Origin: Oscillospiraceae bacterium
GTDB lineage: Bacteria; Bacillota; Clostridia; Oscillospirales; CAG-382
Direction of reading: 5' to 3'
DNA length: 64,000 nt
Assembly: GCA_015065165.1 (NCBI GenBank)
Contig: SVQU01000007.1
Location: 7,403-71,402, forward strand
In this document: positions 35,853-44,898 of the stretch, in pieces
How the letters are laid out: each line of letters opens with the position of its first letter
How positions within the stretch are numbered: position 1 is the stretch's first letter
Notes under the pieces: generated by a model
What the model was told of the DNA's origin: nothing
Database searches by the model: none
What the model saw: only the letters and a program-made list of their open reading frames with translations
Translations under genes and position numbers: made by a program

Positions 35853-37091
35853 ATGGAAAACATTAAATATTTATACGGTGTTGACCCCGAGGTTGCCACC
35901 GCAATTGACAGCGAGCTTAAAAGACAAAAAAGAAACATCGAGCTTATCGCCAGCGAAAATATCGTTAGCGAAGCTGTTCTTGCCGCTGCAGGCACTATCC
36001 TTACCAACAAATATGCCGAAGGCTACCCTGCTCACAGATATTACGGTGGCTGTGAAGAGGTAGATAAGGTTGAAACTATCGCTATCGAAAGAGCAAAGAA
36101 GCTCTTTGGCGCAGAACATGCTAACGTTCAGCCCCACTGCGGCGCAAGCGCAAACCTTGCGGTTTTCTTTGCGTTCCTTAACCCCGGCGATACCGTTATG
36201 GGTATGAACCTTGCTCACGGCGGACACCTTTCCCACGGTTCACCCGTTAACATTTCAGGTAAATATTTCAACGTTGTTCCCTACGGTGTTGATGATGACA
36301 CCCATAGAATAGACTACGATAAGATGGAACAGATCGCTCTTGAATGTCAGCCCAAGCTTATCGTTGTTGGCGCAAGTGCATACCCCAGAGTTATCGACTT
36401 TAAGCGTTGCCGCGAAATTGCCGACAAAGTTGGCGCAAAGCTTATGGTAGATATGGCACACATCGCAGGTCTTGTTGCTGCAGGTCAGCACCCCAGCCCT
36501 GTTCCTTATGCAGACGTTGTTACCACCACCACCCATAAAACTCTTCGCGGCCCCAGAGGCGGTTTGATTCTCTGTAAAGAAGAATACGCAAAGCAGATTG
36601 ATAAGGCTATATTCCCCGGCACTCAGGGCGGTCCTCTTGAACATATTATTGCAGCAAAGGCTGTTGCATTCGGCGAAGCTTTGACCGATGAATTCAAGGC
36701 ATATCAGGCACAAATCGTTAAGAATGCAAAAGCTTTGGAAATCGCGCTTAAGGAAGAAGGCTTCAACCTCGTTTCCGACGGTACCGATAACCACTTACTT
36801 CTTATCGACCTCCGCAATATGAATATTACCGGTAAAGAACTTGAACACAATCTTGACGAAGTTCACATTACCGTTAACAAAAACGCAATTCCTAACGATC
36901 CTCAGAAGCCTTTCGTTACAAGCGGTATCCGTGTTGGTACCCCCGCTGTTACCTCCAGAGGCTTCAAGGAAGAAGATATGAAGACCATCGCTAAGCTTAT
37001 TAAGCTTTGCGCTACCGACCTTGAAAACAGCCGTGATTACATCATTGGCGAAGTAGACAAGCTCTGTGCAAAATATCCTATTTACGAATAA
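35853..37091 (+). CDS. glyA: serine hydroxymethyltransferase
   Basis: 412 aa with the PLP-lysine motif [15 protein letters not shown] and YYGGCE. Confidence 0.96.
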   Translation: MENIKYLYGVDPEVATAIDSELKRQKRNIELIASENIVSEAVLAAAGTILTNKYAEGYPAHRYYGGCEEVDKVETIAIERAKKLFGAEHANVQPHCGASANLAVFFAFLNPGDTVMGMNLAHGGHLSHGSPVNISGKYFNVVPYGVDDDTHRIDYDKMEQIALECQPKLIVVGASAYPRVIDFKRCREIADKVGAKLMVDMAHIAGLVAAGQHPSPVPYADVVTTTTHKTLRGPRGGLILCKEEYAKQIDKAIFPGTQGGPLEHIIAAKAVAFGEALTDEFKAYQAQIVKNAKALEIALKEEGFNLVSDGTDNHLLLIDLRNMNITGKELEHNLDEVHITVNKNAIPNDPQKPFVTSGIRVGTPAVTSRGFKEEDMKTIAKLIKLCATDLENSRDYIIGEVDKLCAKYPIYE

Positions 37092-37506
37092 ATTGGAAGT
37101 TAAGGTTTTTCACCAACTACCCCAAGATGCAATAGATATCCGCAACGAGGTTTTCGTTGACGAGCAGGGCTTTCAAGAAGAATTCGACACAGACGACGGC
37201 ATATCAACACATCTTGTAGGTTTTTTCGATGGTAAAAGCGTTGCCACAGCACGAATAATCCCTCAAGGCGACAAATGCTTTATTATAGGCAGAGTTGCTG
37301 TAAGAAAAAACTATCGCAACCTTGGGTTTGGTGCCAAAATCATCTCCGAGGCAGAACGGGTTATTACTTCTTTAAATGGCAAAGCAATTTATATCCACTC
37401 TCAATTACAAGCCGTACCTTTTTATGAAAAACAGGGCTACGTCCCTACCGGAGAAAAGGATTTCGAAGAAGATTGCGAGCATTGGATGTTAAAAAAAGAT
37501 TTATAG
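37066..37506 (+). CDS. GNAT family acetyltransferase
   Basis: The motif is [23 protein letters not shown]. The ATG at 37066 overlaps glyA by 26 nt, and TTG at 37093 is an alternative start. Confidence 0.7.
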   Translation: MQNILFTNKLEVKVFHQLPQDAIDIRNEVFVDEQGFQEEFDTDDGISTHLVGFFDGKSVATARIIPQGDKCFIIGRVAVRKNYRNLGFGAKIISEAERVITSLNGKAIYIHSQLQAVPFYEKQGYVPTGEKDFEEDCEHWMLKKDL

Positions 37507-37513
37507 CGGATAC

Positions 37514-37548
37514 AAAAAAGGCTGTTGCAACTTCGCAACAGCCTTTTT
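37514..37548. terminator. bidirectional terminator
   Basis: GGCTGTTGC pairs with GCAACAGCC, flanked by AAAAAA and TTTTT. Confidence 0.85.
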
Positions 37549-37553
37549 ACATA

Positions 37554-39806
37554 TTATTTCTTAATATTATCTATCGTTTCCTGTAAATTCAAGACAGTCT
37601 TATAAAGAATCTCTTTTGCGCTTGGATGTTGCTTCGGAGCATCAAGAGCATTTTTTAGCCAATTATAACTATAATCTATCATAGGCTTCATATATTCTCT
37701 TACCTTTTCGAAATCAACAGGCTTTTTCCATTCTTCCTTTGCAAGGAATTCTTCATAGGAGGCAGAGCATCTATCCTCTAATCCCGAAAGTCTCGAAAGG
37801 TTTGCAAAACGCGTTACTCCACGGTGATGATTAGGGAACACCGACATACTCTTACCGAAAATAATTGAATAACAATATCCATGGAATGAATCGGTAACTA
37901 CGTAAGATGAGTTCTTAAAATACTTCAACCAATCAGCAATTTGGACATTTTCAACCACGTTGGGATCGTTTGCCAAGGCCTTTTTATCTTCAAATTTTCC
38001 TTGTCCGTCAAGCATTATATGATAAGGAATGCCAAGCTCACTCGCCACTTTACGCACTGCTTCGATTTTTTCTTTAGTAGGATCAAGAATATATGCAATT
38101 ACATATTCTTTTTCTGTTTTCACCTTCGAAAGTGCCGCTGCCTTCTCGTAATCCTCCATACTGCAAAGGAAAACAGGGTCGATGGTTTGAACCGCTTTAG
38201 AATCGAAATTGCGTTTACAAACGTCTATTGCGCTGTCCTCTCTTACAGAAATAGCATCAAATCGATTAAGCAAATAAGTTAGTTTCAGTCGCATTTCCTT
38301 GGGATAATAAGGAGATTCGTGGCCAAAGGAGGTAGAATATGCGATTTTCTTATGGGAATCTTCAACGAAATCCAAGAAGAAATTATAGGTACCTATATTT
38401 TTATTACTATACCAGTTCCACAATTGATCAGAACCTACAAGGAATGTATCGCAATGGTTGTTGAAACGTGGATATTGCTCCAAGGTTGTAGGCGCACTGG
38501 TTTCATAGAAATTGCGGGTAAATACACGTGTTTTGTTATTTTGGCTCTTAATCAAAGTTTCTTTAGTTACATATGGCCATTCTAACATAAGCACCGATTT
38601 TTTCATACCAACAAGAACCTGATGGAGCGCATAGTTGGTGAGAACACTACCATAATTTCCGCCATACCACCAACCGATATAACCGATATCAAATTTACGG
38701 TTCATACCGTAATCTACGGCTTTCGAAAAACTGTAATCGTATTTTCCAAGAAGCTCGAAAAATCTTTCACGGTTTTTATGTACCTGTGTTGCACAATGTA
38801 AGCGAGAATTAAATTTTTTAGCGTGTTCAATAGGAGCAGGTTCAAAAACCTTTGAATCCTTTTCAATAACGGAAGCGAGCTTTTCTGCTTTATTATTATT
38901 AAATAAAACCAGGCTTGTTCCCTTATTATCATTCAATTCTTCTTTTAATCTACCAATACCCCAGAAGTCGGCAACAGTAATATCTCCTTGGCGAGGCAAC
39001 TTGGCGAAAGGACAAGTACCACAGCTTTTACGAACTGTAAGAAGCTTTAAAAATGCCCTTAAATATACACACTCATCACGAGTTTTTTTGTATTCAGTGC
39101 CGTTCGCAAACTCGATTTTAATACAGTGTGTCCAACCGGCAACAGATTTATCTCTGAATGCTACACGGGTAGCCTTTGCGCCAAATTCTTCTTCACGTTC
39201 CGTGATGAATTTTTTATACACAGATGCAGAAGGAGCGCCATGACAAAGTAAATCCATTGTATAAAGGTTATCGTATTCCTTACCCAAAAAAGCATTTAAG
39301 CCTGCAATTTGACAGGGTGTACCAACGTATAAAACCGATCTCCCCTGTTCAAGAAATTCTTTTGTTTTTAAATAAGTATCGCCAATATCACTTTGAACAT
39401 ATTTAGAACCGCGAAGTTTAGCAAGTTCATTGACGTTTTCAACAAAAATATGCTCAACGCCATAAAAATCATCAGTATATGCCGCGCCGCATACAACACC
39501 GCCATTAGAAATAATATGTTCAGCAACCATAGTAAATACGCCGCCGGAAGTGCTTTTTGAACGTAGCTCATCAGAACCCATAACAGCATAGCAAGAGGGG
39601 TTGGTATTGTTTTCATAGGACGGAGAAACCGCGGGACAAGACTTTAAACAAAGACCGCAATCAATACACTTTTCCGAATCCACGTTCGGGAATAAAAATC
39701 CCTCGGAATTTGGGAGCATTTTTATCGCCTTAACAGGGCATTTATTATAGCACGCACCGCAACCTGTACACTTATCCGCAGGAACGTTTAAAACCGTATT
39801 TTTCAT
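37554..39806 (-). CDS. fusion protein: 2x[4Fe-4S] ferredoxin + FrhB/FdhB-like (F420 hydrogenase/dehydrogenase beta) + polysaccharide pyruvyl transferase
   Basis: 750 aa. CTGCGACYNKCP and CIDCGLCLKSCP are the two cluster motifs. STSGGVFT...GTPCQIAG...LLCHGAPS is FrhB-like. The C-terminal half (IGWWYGGNYGS...GSDQLWNW...VTDSFHG) is PS_pyruv_trans-like. Confidence 0.7.
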   Translation of the reverse strand: MKNTVLNVPADKCTGCGACYNKCPVKAIKMLPNSEGFLFPNVDSEKCIDCGLCLKSCPAVSPSYENNTNPSCYAVMGSDELRSKSTSGGVFTMVAEHIISNGGVVCGAAYTDDFYGVEHIFVENVNELAKLRGSKYVQSDIGDTYLKTKEFLEQGRSVLYVGTPCQIAGLNAFLGKEYDNLYTMDLLCHGAPSASVYKKFITEREEEFGAKATRVAFRDKSVAGWTHCIKIEFANGTEYKKTRDECVYLRAFLKLLTVRKSCGTCPFAKLPRQGDITVADFWGIGRLKEELNDNKGTSLVLFNNNKAEKLASVIEKDSKVFEPAPIEHAKKFNSRLHCATQVHKNRERFFELLGKYDYSFSKAVDYGMNRKFDIGYIGWWYGGNYGSVLTNYALHQVLVGMKKSVLMLEWPYVTKETLIKSQNNKTRVFTRNFYETSAPTTLEQYPRFNNHCDTFLVGSDQLWNWYSNKNIGTYNFFLDFVEDSHKKIAYSTSFGHESPYYPKEMRLKLTYLLNRFDAISVREDSAIDVCKRNFDSKAVQTIDPVFLCSMEDYEKAAALSKVKTEKEYVIAYILDPTKEKIEAVRKVASELGIPYHIMLDGQGKFEDKKALANDPNVVENVQIADWLKYFKNSSYVVTDSFHGYCYSIIFGKSMSVFPNHHRGVTRFANLSRLSGLEDRCSASYEEFLAKEEWKKPVDFEKVREYMKPMIDYSYNWLKNALDAPKQHPSAKEILYKTVLNLQETIDNIKK

Positions 39807-39843
39807 AATTTCTCTCCGTTCTTAAATCTATATATACATCGCT

Positions 39844-39872
39844 ATTATAGAATATTTATCGTTAAATGTCAA
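39844..39872 (-). promoter_or_regulatory. exact-consensus sigma-A promoter (TTGACA-17-TATAAT) of the FrhB::pyruvyl-transferase gene
   Basis: On the minus strand, TTGACA is at 39867-39872 and TATAAT at 39844-39849. Confidence 0.7.
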
Positions 39873-39909
39873 TATGTAGTACTAAAGTGCACAATTTGTA
39901 ATTTTATTG

Positions 39910-39938
39910 TTGACATACACAAATCAATTTATTATAAT
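39910..39938 (+). promoter_or_regulatory. exact-consensus sigma-A promoter (TTGACA-17-TATAAT) of the CMP-kinase-like gene
   Basis: TTGACA at 39910-39915 and TATAAT at 39933-39938. It is divergent from, and 38 bp away from, the preceding promoter. Confidence 0.7.
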
Positions 39939-39969
39939 ATTCTTTACTATTTATAAAGAGGTGTTTTAT

Positions 39970-40791
39970 ATGCAAATTGCTTTTTCCGGAAAATTAGGAA
40001 GTGGCAAATCCACGGTTTGTTCAATTCTTCGCGACGTCTACGGATATGAGATTTACAGCACCGGTACCGTACAACGTAAAGTCGCCGAAGATATGGGGAT
40101 TTCTACGTTGGAATTAAACGAACGCATGATGAACGACCCTGCTCTTGACCATGTGATCGACGATGCAGTAGTAAAGTTATCAAAAGAAAAAGCCGACGAA
40201 CAAATTGTATACGATTCCAGAATGGCATGGCATTTCGCAGAAAACACTTTTAAAGTTTATATGTACGTAGACCCCACCGTTGCGGCAAAACGCGTTTTTA
40301 ATGCCGACAGAGGCGAAGTTGAAAAATACACAGATGTAAACGATGCCTTAAATCAACTTACGGCACGTAGTATTGAAGAAAACAAGCGTTTCAAAAAAAT
40401 CTACGGTGTTGACAACTTTGATTACAACAACTATCACCTGATTATCGATTCCACTTCTGCGACGCCCGAGCAGATTGCCGAAGCGATCACTACCAAAGCA
40501 AAAGAATTTGAAGTAAATCCTTATGAAGGCACAAAGATGCTTATTTCACCATACGTTGTTTTACCTACCGTTCCTTTCGGCGAAGACGATTCAGAGGATG
40601 TTATCATAACTTTAAAGGATGGTTTCCACTATTGCCTTAGAGGTCATACAAAGTTAGCAGCACTTCAAATCGGTGGTGCAAATTTTGTTGAAGCAACGTT
40701 TATCACAAAAGCCGACGTAAATTATAATGCTGAAATCTGCAATGAATACGAGATCGCATGCAAATTCACTTTTGAATCAAAACCTCAATAA
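39970..40791 (+). CDS. archaeal-type cytidylate-kinase-like P-loop protein with ~95-aa C-terminal ParB/Srx-like extension
   Basis: 273 aa from ATG 39970 (RBS AAGAGG). It has Walker A GKLGSGKST and the CMK-like ...RSIEENKRFKKIYGVDNFDYNNYHLIIDST.... The tail reads ISPYVVLPT...VIITLKDGFHYCLRGHTKLAALQIGG. The tail assignment is tentative. Confidence 0.65.
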   Translation: MQIAFSGKLGSGKSTVCSILRDVYGYEIYSTGTVQRKVAEDMGISTLELNERMMNDPALDHVIDDAVVKLSKEKADEQIVYDSRMAWHFAENTFKVYMYVDPTVAAKRVFNADRGEVEKYTDVNDALNQLTARSIEENKRFKKIYGVDNFDYNNYHLIIDSTSATPEQIAEAITTKAKEFEVNPYEGTKMLISPYVVLPTVPFGEDDSEDVIITLKDGFHYCLRGHTKLAALQIGGANFVEATFITKADVNYNAEICNEYEIACKFTFESKPQ

Positions 40792-40871
40792 TGTTTAACT
40801 ATAATCAATTATAAAGTGGTATTTCATCCCTAAAAGGGATTACTTAAGTTTGACCTAATTTTACACACATT

Positions 40872-40901
40872 GACAGTCGCTCCCGTGCGACTGTCTTTTT
40901 T
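40872..40901 (+). terminator. rho-independent terminator
   Basis: GACAGTCGC pairs with GCGACTGTC, followed by TTTTTT. Confidence 0.85.
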
Positions 40902-40956
40902 AGTCAATTTTTTCGACCTATAAAGCCTCCGTATATTCTTTTTAAAAGGCACATAA

Positions 40957-40990
40957 CAAAAACGAAACCGCTTTCACAGTTTCGTTCGTT
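40957..40990 (-). terminator. rho-independent terminator of the methyltransferase gene
   Basis: AACGAAAC pairs with GTTTCGTT. The minus strand continues with TTTTTGTT. Confidence 0.65.
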
Positions 40991-40999
40991 TAAGTATTA

Positions 41000-41749
41000 T
41001 TAAATTGTTCCGAAGTAGCAACGTGTGATGTAAGGATATTTAACAGTTCCGTTTGATTGGTATTTATCAAACACTTTCCCGACGGCCTTTATATAGTCAT
41101 CATATATCAAGTCCTTTTCTTTGGGCGCATACGAGGAAGAAAGATTCCTTGCAATAAAATCTTCACGAGTATAAATAAGGTTGTTGCAAAACTCTACAAG
41201 CTCAAATTCTCCGCTGAAGAAATCAGAGAACGCAGCCTTTGAAAAATCGATACCATTAGACGAACCTTTGAAATCTTTACAGTATTTTTTGTTGACTACA
41301 AAGTTATCTTTAATAATTTCGCTGTCGCTATCTCTATCGTTCCAAACAAGAACTACTTTTCCGTTGGGTTTTAGAATTCGTTTGCATTCGTTCTTAAACA
41401 CAACTCTATCGAACCAATGGAACGCTTGGGCAACAGTTATGAGGTCAACTGAACAATCGGTAAGTAAAGTATTCTCAGCGGTTGCGTTTATAGAAGTTAT
41501 ATTTGCAATCGTTTTATATTTTTCTTCTGCTTTAATACGCATATCTTCATTTGGTTCAACCGCCAACACCGATTTTATAAATTTCGATAATGCGATTGTA
41601 AATATACCTGTACCCGAACCAATATCTGCCGCAATCGTATTTTTGTCTATAACTCTTTCAGCCAAAAGGAAACTGAATAACGCATCGGGATAATTCGGTC
41701 TCGCTTTTGAATATACATTTCCTTTTAAATCGAATTTATTTGTGTTCAT
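41000..41749 (-). CDS. class I SAM-dependent methyltransferase
   Basis: 249 aa with motif I (IADIGSGTGIFT) and motif post-I/II (LAVEPNEDM, DLITVAQAFHWF). Confidence 0.8.
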   Translation of the reverse strand: MNTNKFDLKGNVYSKARPNYPDALFSFLLAERVIDKNTIAADIGSGTGIFTIALSKFIKSVLAVEPNEDMRIKAEEKYKTIANITSINATAENTLLTDCSVDLITVAQAFHWFDRVVFKNECKRILKPNGKVVLVWNDRDSDSEIIKDNFVVNKKYCKDFKGSSNGIDFSKAAFSDFFSGEFELVEFCNNLIYTREDFIARNLSSSYAPKEKDLIYDDYIKAVGKVFDKYQSNGTVKYPYITRCYFGTI

Positions 41750-41786
41750 TCATATGCCTCTGATTTTAAGTAACTTCACTTATATT

Positions 41787-41815
41787 ATTATATCGCTTTA
41801 GTTATGAATTTTCAA
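41787..41815 (-). promoter_or_regulatory. sigma-A promoter of the methyltransferase gene (TTGAAA-17-TATAAT)
   Basis: On the minus strand, TATAAT is at 41787-41792 and TTGAAA at 41810-41815. The -35 overlaps the 3' end of the HD gene. Confidence 0.5.
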
Positions 41816-42362
41816 TTTTTTTGATAGTATCCTTTTTAATTTCATCACGAAGTTCTTTTGTCCATTCCGACCATTGACAATTTTCTTCTCCATAAGTAAG
41901 ATTCAATTCCAATTCCAACGGAAGCCAGGTTGATATATCGGCTTCGTTATGGGATATAACAGCTTCTGCATTATCTAACGCTTTATATAACTTTGCTTCG
42001 GGAGTTATCGATTCGGCCATTTCCAAAAACAAATCCGATAATTCTTTTTGTGCGGCGTCGGGTAATAAAGATAACAAATAATTTATCGCATCGTTTTCTT
42101 CTTTTTCGTTTTTATCGGTTTTATAGAACGATGGGACATCACCCGTAACAGCTTCGCCGAAATCGTGAATGAGACACATTTTAATTACTTTGTCAATATT
42201 TAATTCGGGATATTCATCTTTACACAGCATTGCCATAACAGCTAATCTAAAAGAATGTTCGGCAACACTTTCTTGTCGTCCGCTACTTGTCCAAGAATGT
42301 CTTGTGTTACACTTTAGTTTTTCAATTACACCTAAAAAGTCAATAAGGTTTCTTGCTTTCAT
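41802..42362 (-). CDS. HD-domain hydrolase (YfbR-like 5'-deoxynucleotidase family)
   Basis: 186 aa with ...RQESVAEHSFRLAVMA...CLIHDFGEAVTGD.... Confidence 0.8.
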   Translation of the reverse strand: MKARNLIDFLGVIEKLKCNTRHSWTSSGRQESVAEHSFRLAVMAMLCKDEYPELNIDKVIKMCLIHDFGEAVTGDVPSFYKTDKNEKEENDAINYLLSLLPDAAQKELSDLFLEMAESITPEAKLYKALDNAEAVISHNEADISTWLPLELELNLTYGEENCQWSEWTKELRDEIKKDTIKKIENS

Positions 42363-42374
42363 ATTTGTCCCTAG

Positions 42375-42680
42375 TTATAATAAATTTTCGTTTTTCATTT
42401 TAGCAAGAGAACGATCGATTGATTCTTCAAGCTCTGTTTCTACATTGTAATACACGGCGAGTTGAACAAGTGCATTTATTGCTTGTTTGATTTCGTCAGC
42501 CAAGTGTTGTTTGGAGGGTTCTCCGTGTTTTAGTGATTTGATACCACTTTTTTCAAAATGGTTTACTTCGCTTGCGACTTCGCCACATTCCTCAAGAACT
42601 CTTGTTGTTATTTGATAAGGGTTGTTTCCGTTAGGAAAGCGATTTGTATATCCTTTGGCTAATAGGTATAACTTTTCCAT
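42375..42680 (-). CDS. small MazG-like nucleotide pyrophosphohydrolase domain protein
   Basis: 101 aa. LEECGEVASEV...HLADEIKQAINALVQLAVYYN matches the all-alpha MazG EExxE/ExxD pattern. Confidence 0.65.
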   Translation of the reverse strand: MEKLYLLAKGYTNRFPNGNNPYQITTRVLEECGEVASEVNHFEKSGIKSLKHGEPSKQHLADEIKQAINALVQLAVYYNVETELEESIDRSLAKMKNENLL

Positions 42681-43597
42681 TATTTTTCTCCTTTGTACGA
42701 CAAATTATTATCAATGTATTCTATCAAAGGTTTTTTGTTGACTTTGTCTTGATTAAATTTGTACCACTCAAACGCTTCTTTTAAACCCTCACGCAAGTTT
42801 TTTTCGGTTTGCGTAATAGCATGTTGAGCTGAAACGTCAAGATAATATTCATAGTTATAAAAAGGAAAGTAGCTTCGTTGCGGTATTTCAGCATCAACGT
42901 TGACAAATTCAACTTGCTTATCCTCAACAGCATAGCAATCTTCAACCCATTCTTTAATGGTAATCGCAATTTGATTTCCAACATTAAAAACATGTTGTTC
43001 GGGTTTGATTTCAAGTATCGTATCAATGAATTTGCATAAATCTTCTACGTGCAAGAACTGTAATTTCATATCACCGTTTTGAGGTAGATAGAATTTTCTG
43101 TCTTGCATAGCGCAATCAAAAACAAATGCTTCGCGATAAACATTGTTCATTTGTCCGTATAAATACGGAGGGCGAAGTATGTATGCATTGGGAACTCTTT
43201 TTGACAAAAGCGTCTCGGCTTCGATTTTATTAGTTCCGTATTTGCCCCAATATTTATTTTCCCCAAGAGTCGAATTTTCCAAGAATGGTTGGGGAGCATA
43301 TTCGGGATAGACGGCACTTGAGCTTATGAAAATATAATCATCAAAGCTACCTAATCCGTCAAGCAAAAGGTTAACATCATTTTCGTCGTATGACGTAACA
43401 TCAATAACTACGTCAAAATGATGTGATTTAAGAACATCGCCGAGATTGGCTCGGTCTGCTTCAATAAGCTTCACGCATTGACTTTGAGGTTTTGTATTTC
43501 TGTTAAGAACGTAAACCTCGCAATTCTTTTTGACATAGTATTCTGCGACAAATCTGCTAACGAAAACCGTACCGCCGGTTACCAAAATCTTCTTCAA
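42680..43597 (-). CDS. NAD-dependent epimerase/dehydratase (SDR extended family)
   Basis: The Rossmann N-terminus is KKILVTGGTVFVSR, and YxxxK is YGTNK. TTG at 43597 has GAGGTG 6 nt upstream, whereas the ORF-track ATG at 43618 has no RBS. Confidence 0.75.
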   Translation of the reverse strand: MKKILVTGGTVFVSRFVAEYYVKKNCEVYVLNRNTKPQSQCVKLIEADRANLGDVLKSHHFDVVIDVTSYDENDVNLLLDGLGSFDDYIFISSSAVYPEYAPQPFLENSTLGENKYWGKYGTNKIEAETLLSKRVPNAYILRPPYLYGQMNNVYREAFVFDCAMQDRKFYLPQNGDMKLQFLHVEDLCKFIDTILEIKPEQHVFNVGNQIAITIKEWVEDCYAVEDKQVEFVNVDAEIPQRSYFPFYNYEYYLDVSAQHAITQTEKNLREGLKEAFEWYKFNQDKVNKKPLIEYIDNNLSYKGEK

Positions 43598-43643
43598 TAT
43601 CTGCACCTCGACTATCAATCATTTACTTTGCTGTTAGCAACAG

Positions 43644-43670
43644 AAAACCGCCCGTTAAACGGACGGTTTT
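43644..43670 (-). terminator. rho-independent terminator of ftsZ
   Basis: On the minus strand, AAAACCGTCCG pairs with CGGGCGGTTTT. The one non-Watson-Crick pair is G-U on the minus strand but C-A on the plus strand. Confidence 0.65.
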
Positions 43671-43676
43671 GAAAAA

Positions 43677-44759
43677 TTATCTCTTGTTAAGCATGCTGAG
43701 GATATCATCGATATCGGAACTACTATCTTTTGCTACAGGTTCTTCGGTTGCATTGCTCTTAGATTCAGCCTGCTGCATCTGACGACGAGTGTCGTTTGCT
43801 TTTTTATCTGCATTAAAGCCGGTAGCGATAAGGGTAATACGCATTTCGTCTTCAAGAGCAGGATCGATAGCAAAACCGAAGATAATGGTAGCATCGGGAT
43901 TTGCTTCGCTGGTGATCATTTCAACAGCAGCATCGATTTCGTCCAAGCCAAGGTCTGCAGAACCGATAATCTGAATTACGATACCCTGTGCACCGCTGAT
44001 ATTGGTTTCCAACAAAGGAGAAGAAGCAGCCATCTTTGCAGCCTGTTCTGCCTTGTCCTTGCCCTTAGCACAGCCAACACCCATATGAGCAAGACCTGCG
44101 TTAGACATAACAGCAGAAACGTCAGCAAAGTCAAGGTTAATGTTACCTTCAATAGTAATAAGTTCGCAAATGGACTGTACACCCTTGCGAAGGATATCGT
44201 CTGCTTCCTGGAACGCGTTAAGGAAGGTGATTTTCTTATCAGTGAGAAGCTTTAATCTTTCGTTGGGGATAACGATAAGAGAGTCTACAATCTCGGCGAG
44301 CTTTTCGATGCCTGCTTCAGCCTGAAGCATACGCTTCTTGCCCTCGAAAAGGAAGGGCTTGGTTACAACTGCAACGGTAAGAATGTCCATAGATTTAGCA
44401 ATCTTTGCAACAACGGGAGCAGCACCTGTACCGGTTCCTCCACCCATACCTGCAGTGATAAACACCATATCAGCGCCTTTGATAGCTTCTGTGATTTCTT
44501 CGATAGATTCATCAGCAGCCTTTTCACCGAGTTCGGGATTAGCGCCTGCGCCGTGGCCCTTGGTGATACGGTCGCCGATAGCGATTTTTGTAGGTGCGCT
44601 GGATTTAACGAGAATCTGAGTATCGGTGTTAATATTGATGAATTCTACGTCAGCACCCTCGATAACAGAAATCATACGGTTAACAGCATTACCGCCGCCA
44701 CCGCCAACACCAATAACTTTAATGACAACCTTATTAGGATCTTCGATCAGATTTTGCAT
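43677..44759 (-). CDS. ftsZ: cell division protein FtsZ
   Basis: 360 aa with the tubulin signature [11 protein letters not shown], and NAVN. Confidence 0.96.
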   Translation of the reverse strand: MQNLIEDPNKVVIKVIGVGGGGGNAVNRMISVIEGADVEFININTDTQILVKSSAPTKIAIGDRITKGHGAGANPELGEKAADESIEEITEAIKGADMVFITAGMGGGTGTGAAPVVAKIAKSMDILTVAVVTKPFLFEGKKRMLQAEAGIEKLAEIVDSLIVIPNERLKLLTDKKITFLNAFQEADDILRKGVQSICELITIEGNINLDFADVSAVMSNAGLAHMGVGCAKGKDKAEQAAKMAASSPLLETNISGAQGIVIQIIGSADLGLDEIDAAVEMITSEANPDATIIFGFAIDPALEDEMRITLIATGFNADKKANDTRRQMQQAESKSNATEEPVAKDSSSDIDDILSMLNKR

Positions 44760-44803
44760 TTTGAACCTCCAAAATATATGTTACTTATTTTCTTTCAAGA
44801 TAT

Positions 44804-44832
44804 ACTATAATATGTTTTTTCACAAATTGCAA
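44804..44832 (-). promoter_or_regulatory. sigma-A promoter immediately upstream of ftsZ (TTGCAA-17-TATAGT)
   Basis: On the minus strand, TTGCAA is at 44827-44832 and TATAGT at 44804-44809, within the 139-bp ftsQ-ftsZ spacer. Confidence 0.55.
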
Positions 44833-44898
44833 GTGTTTTTTGTTTTTTTCTTTATATTTATCAATGTTTTTGCGCGAAAACGGAATATTTTTGACGAT

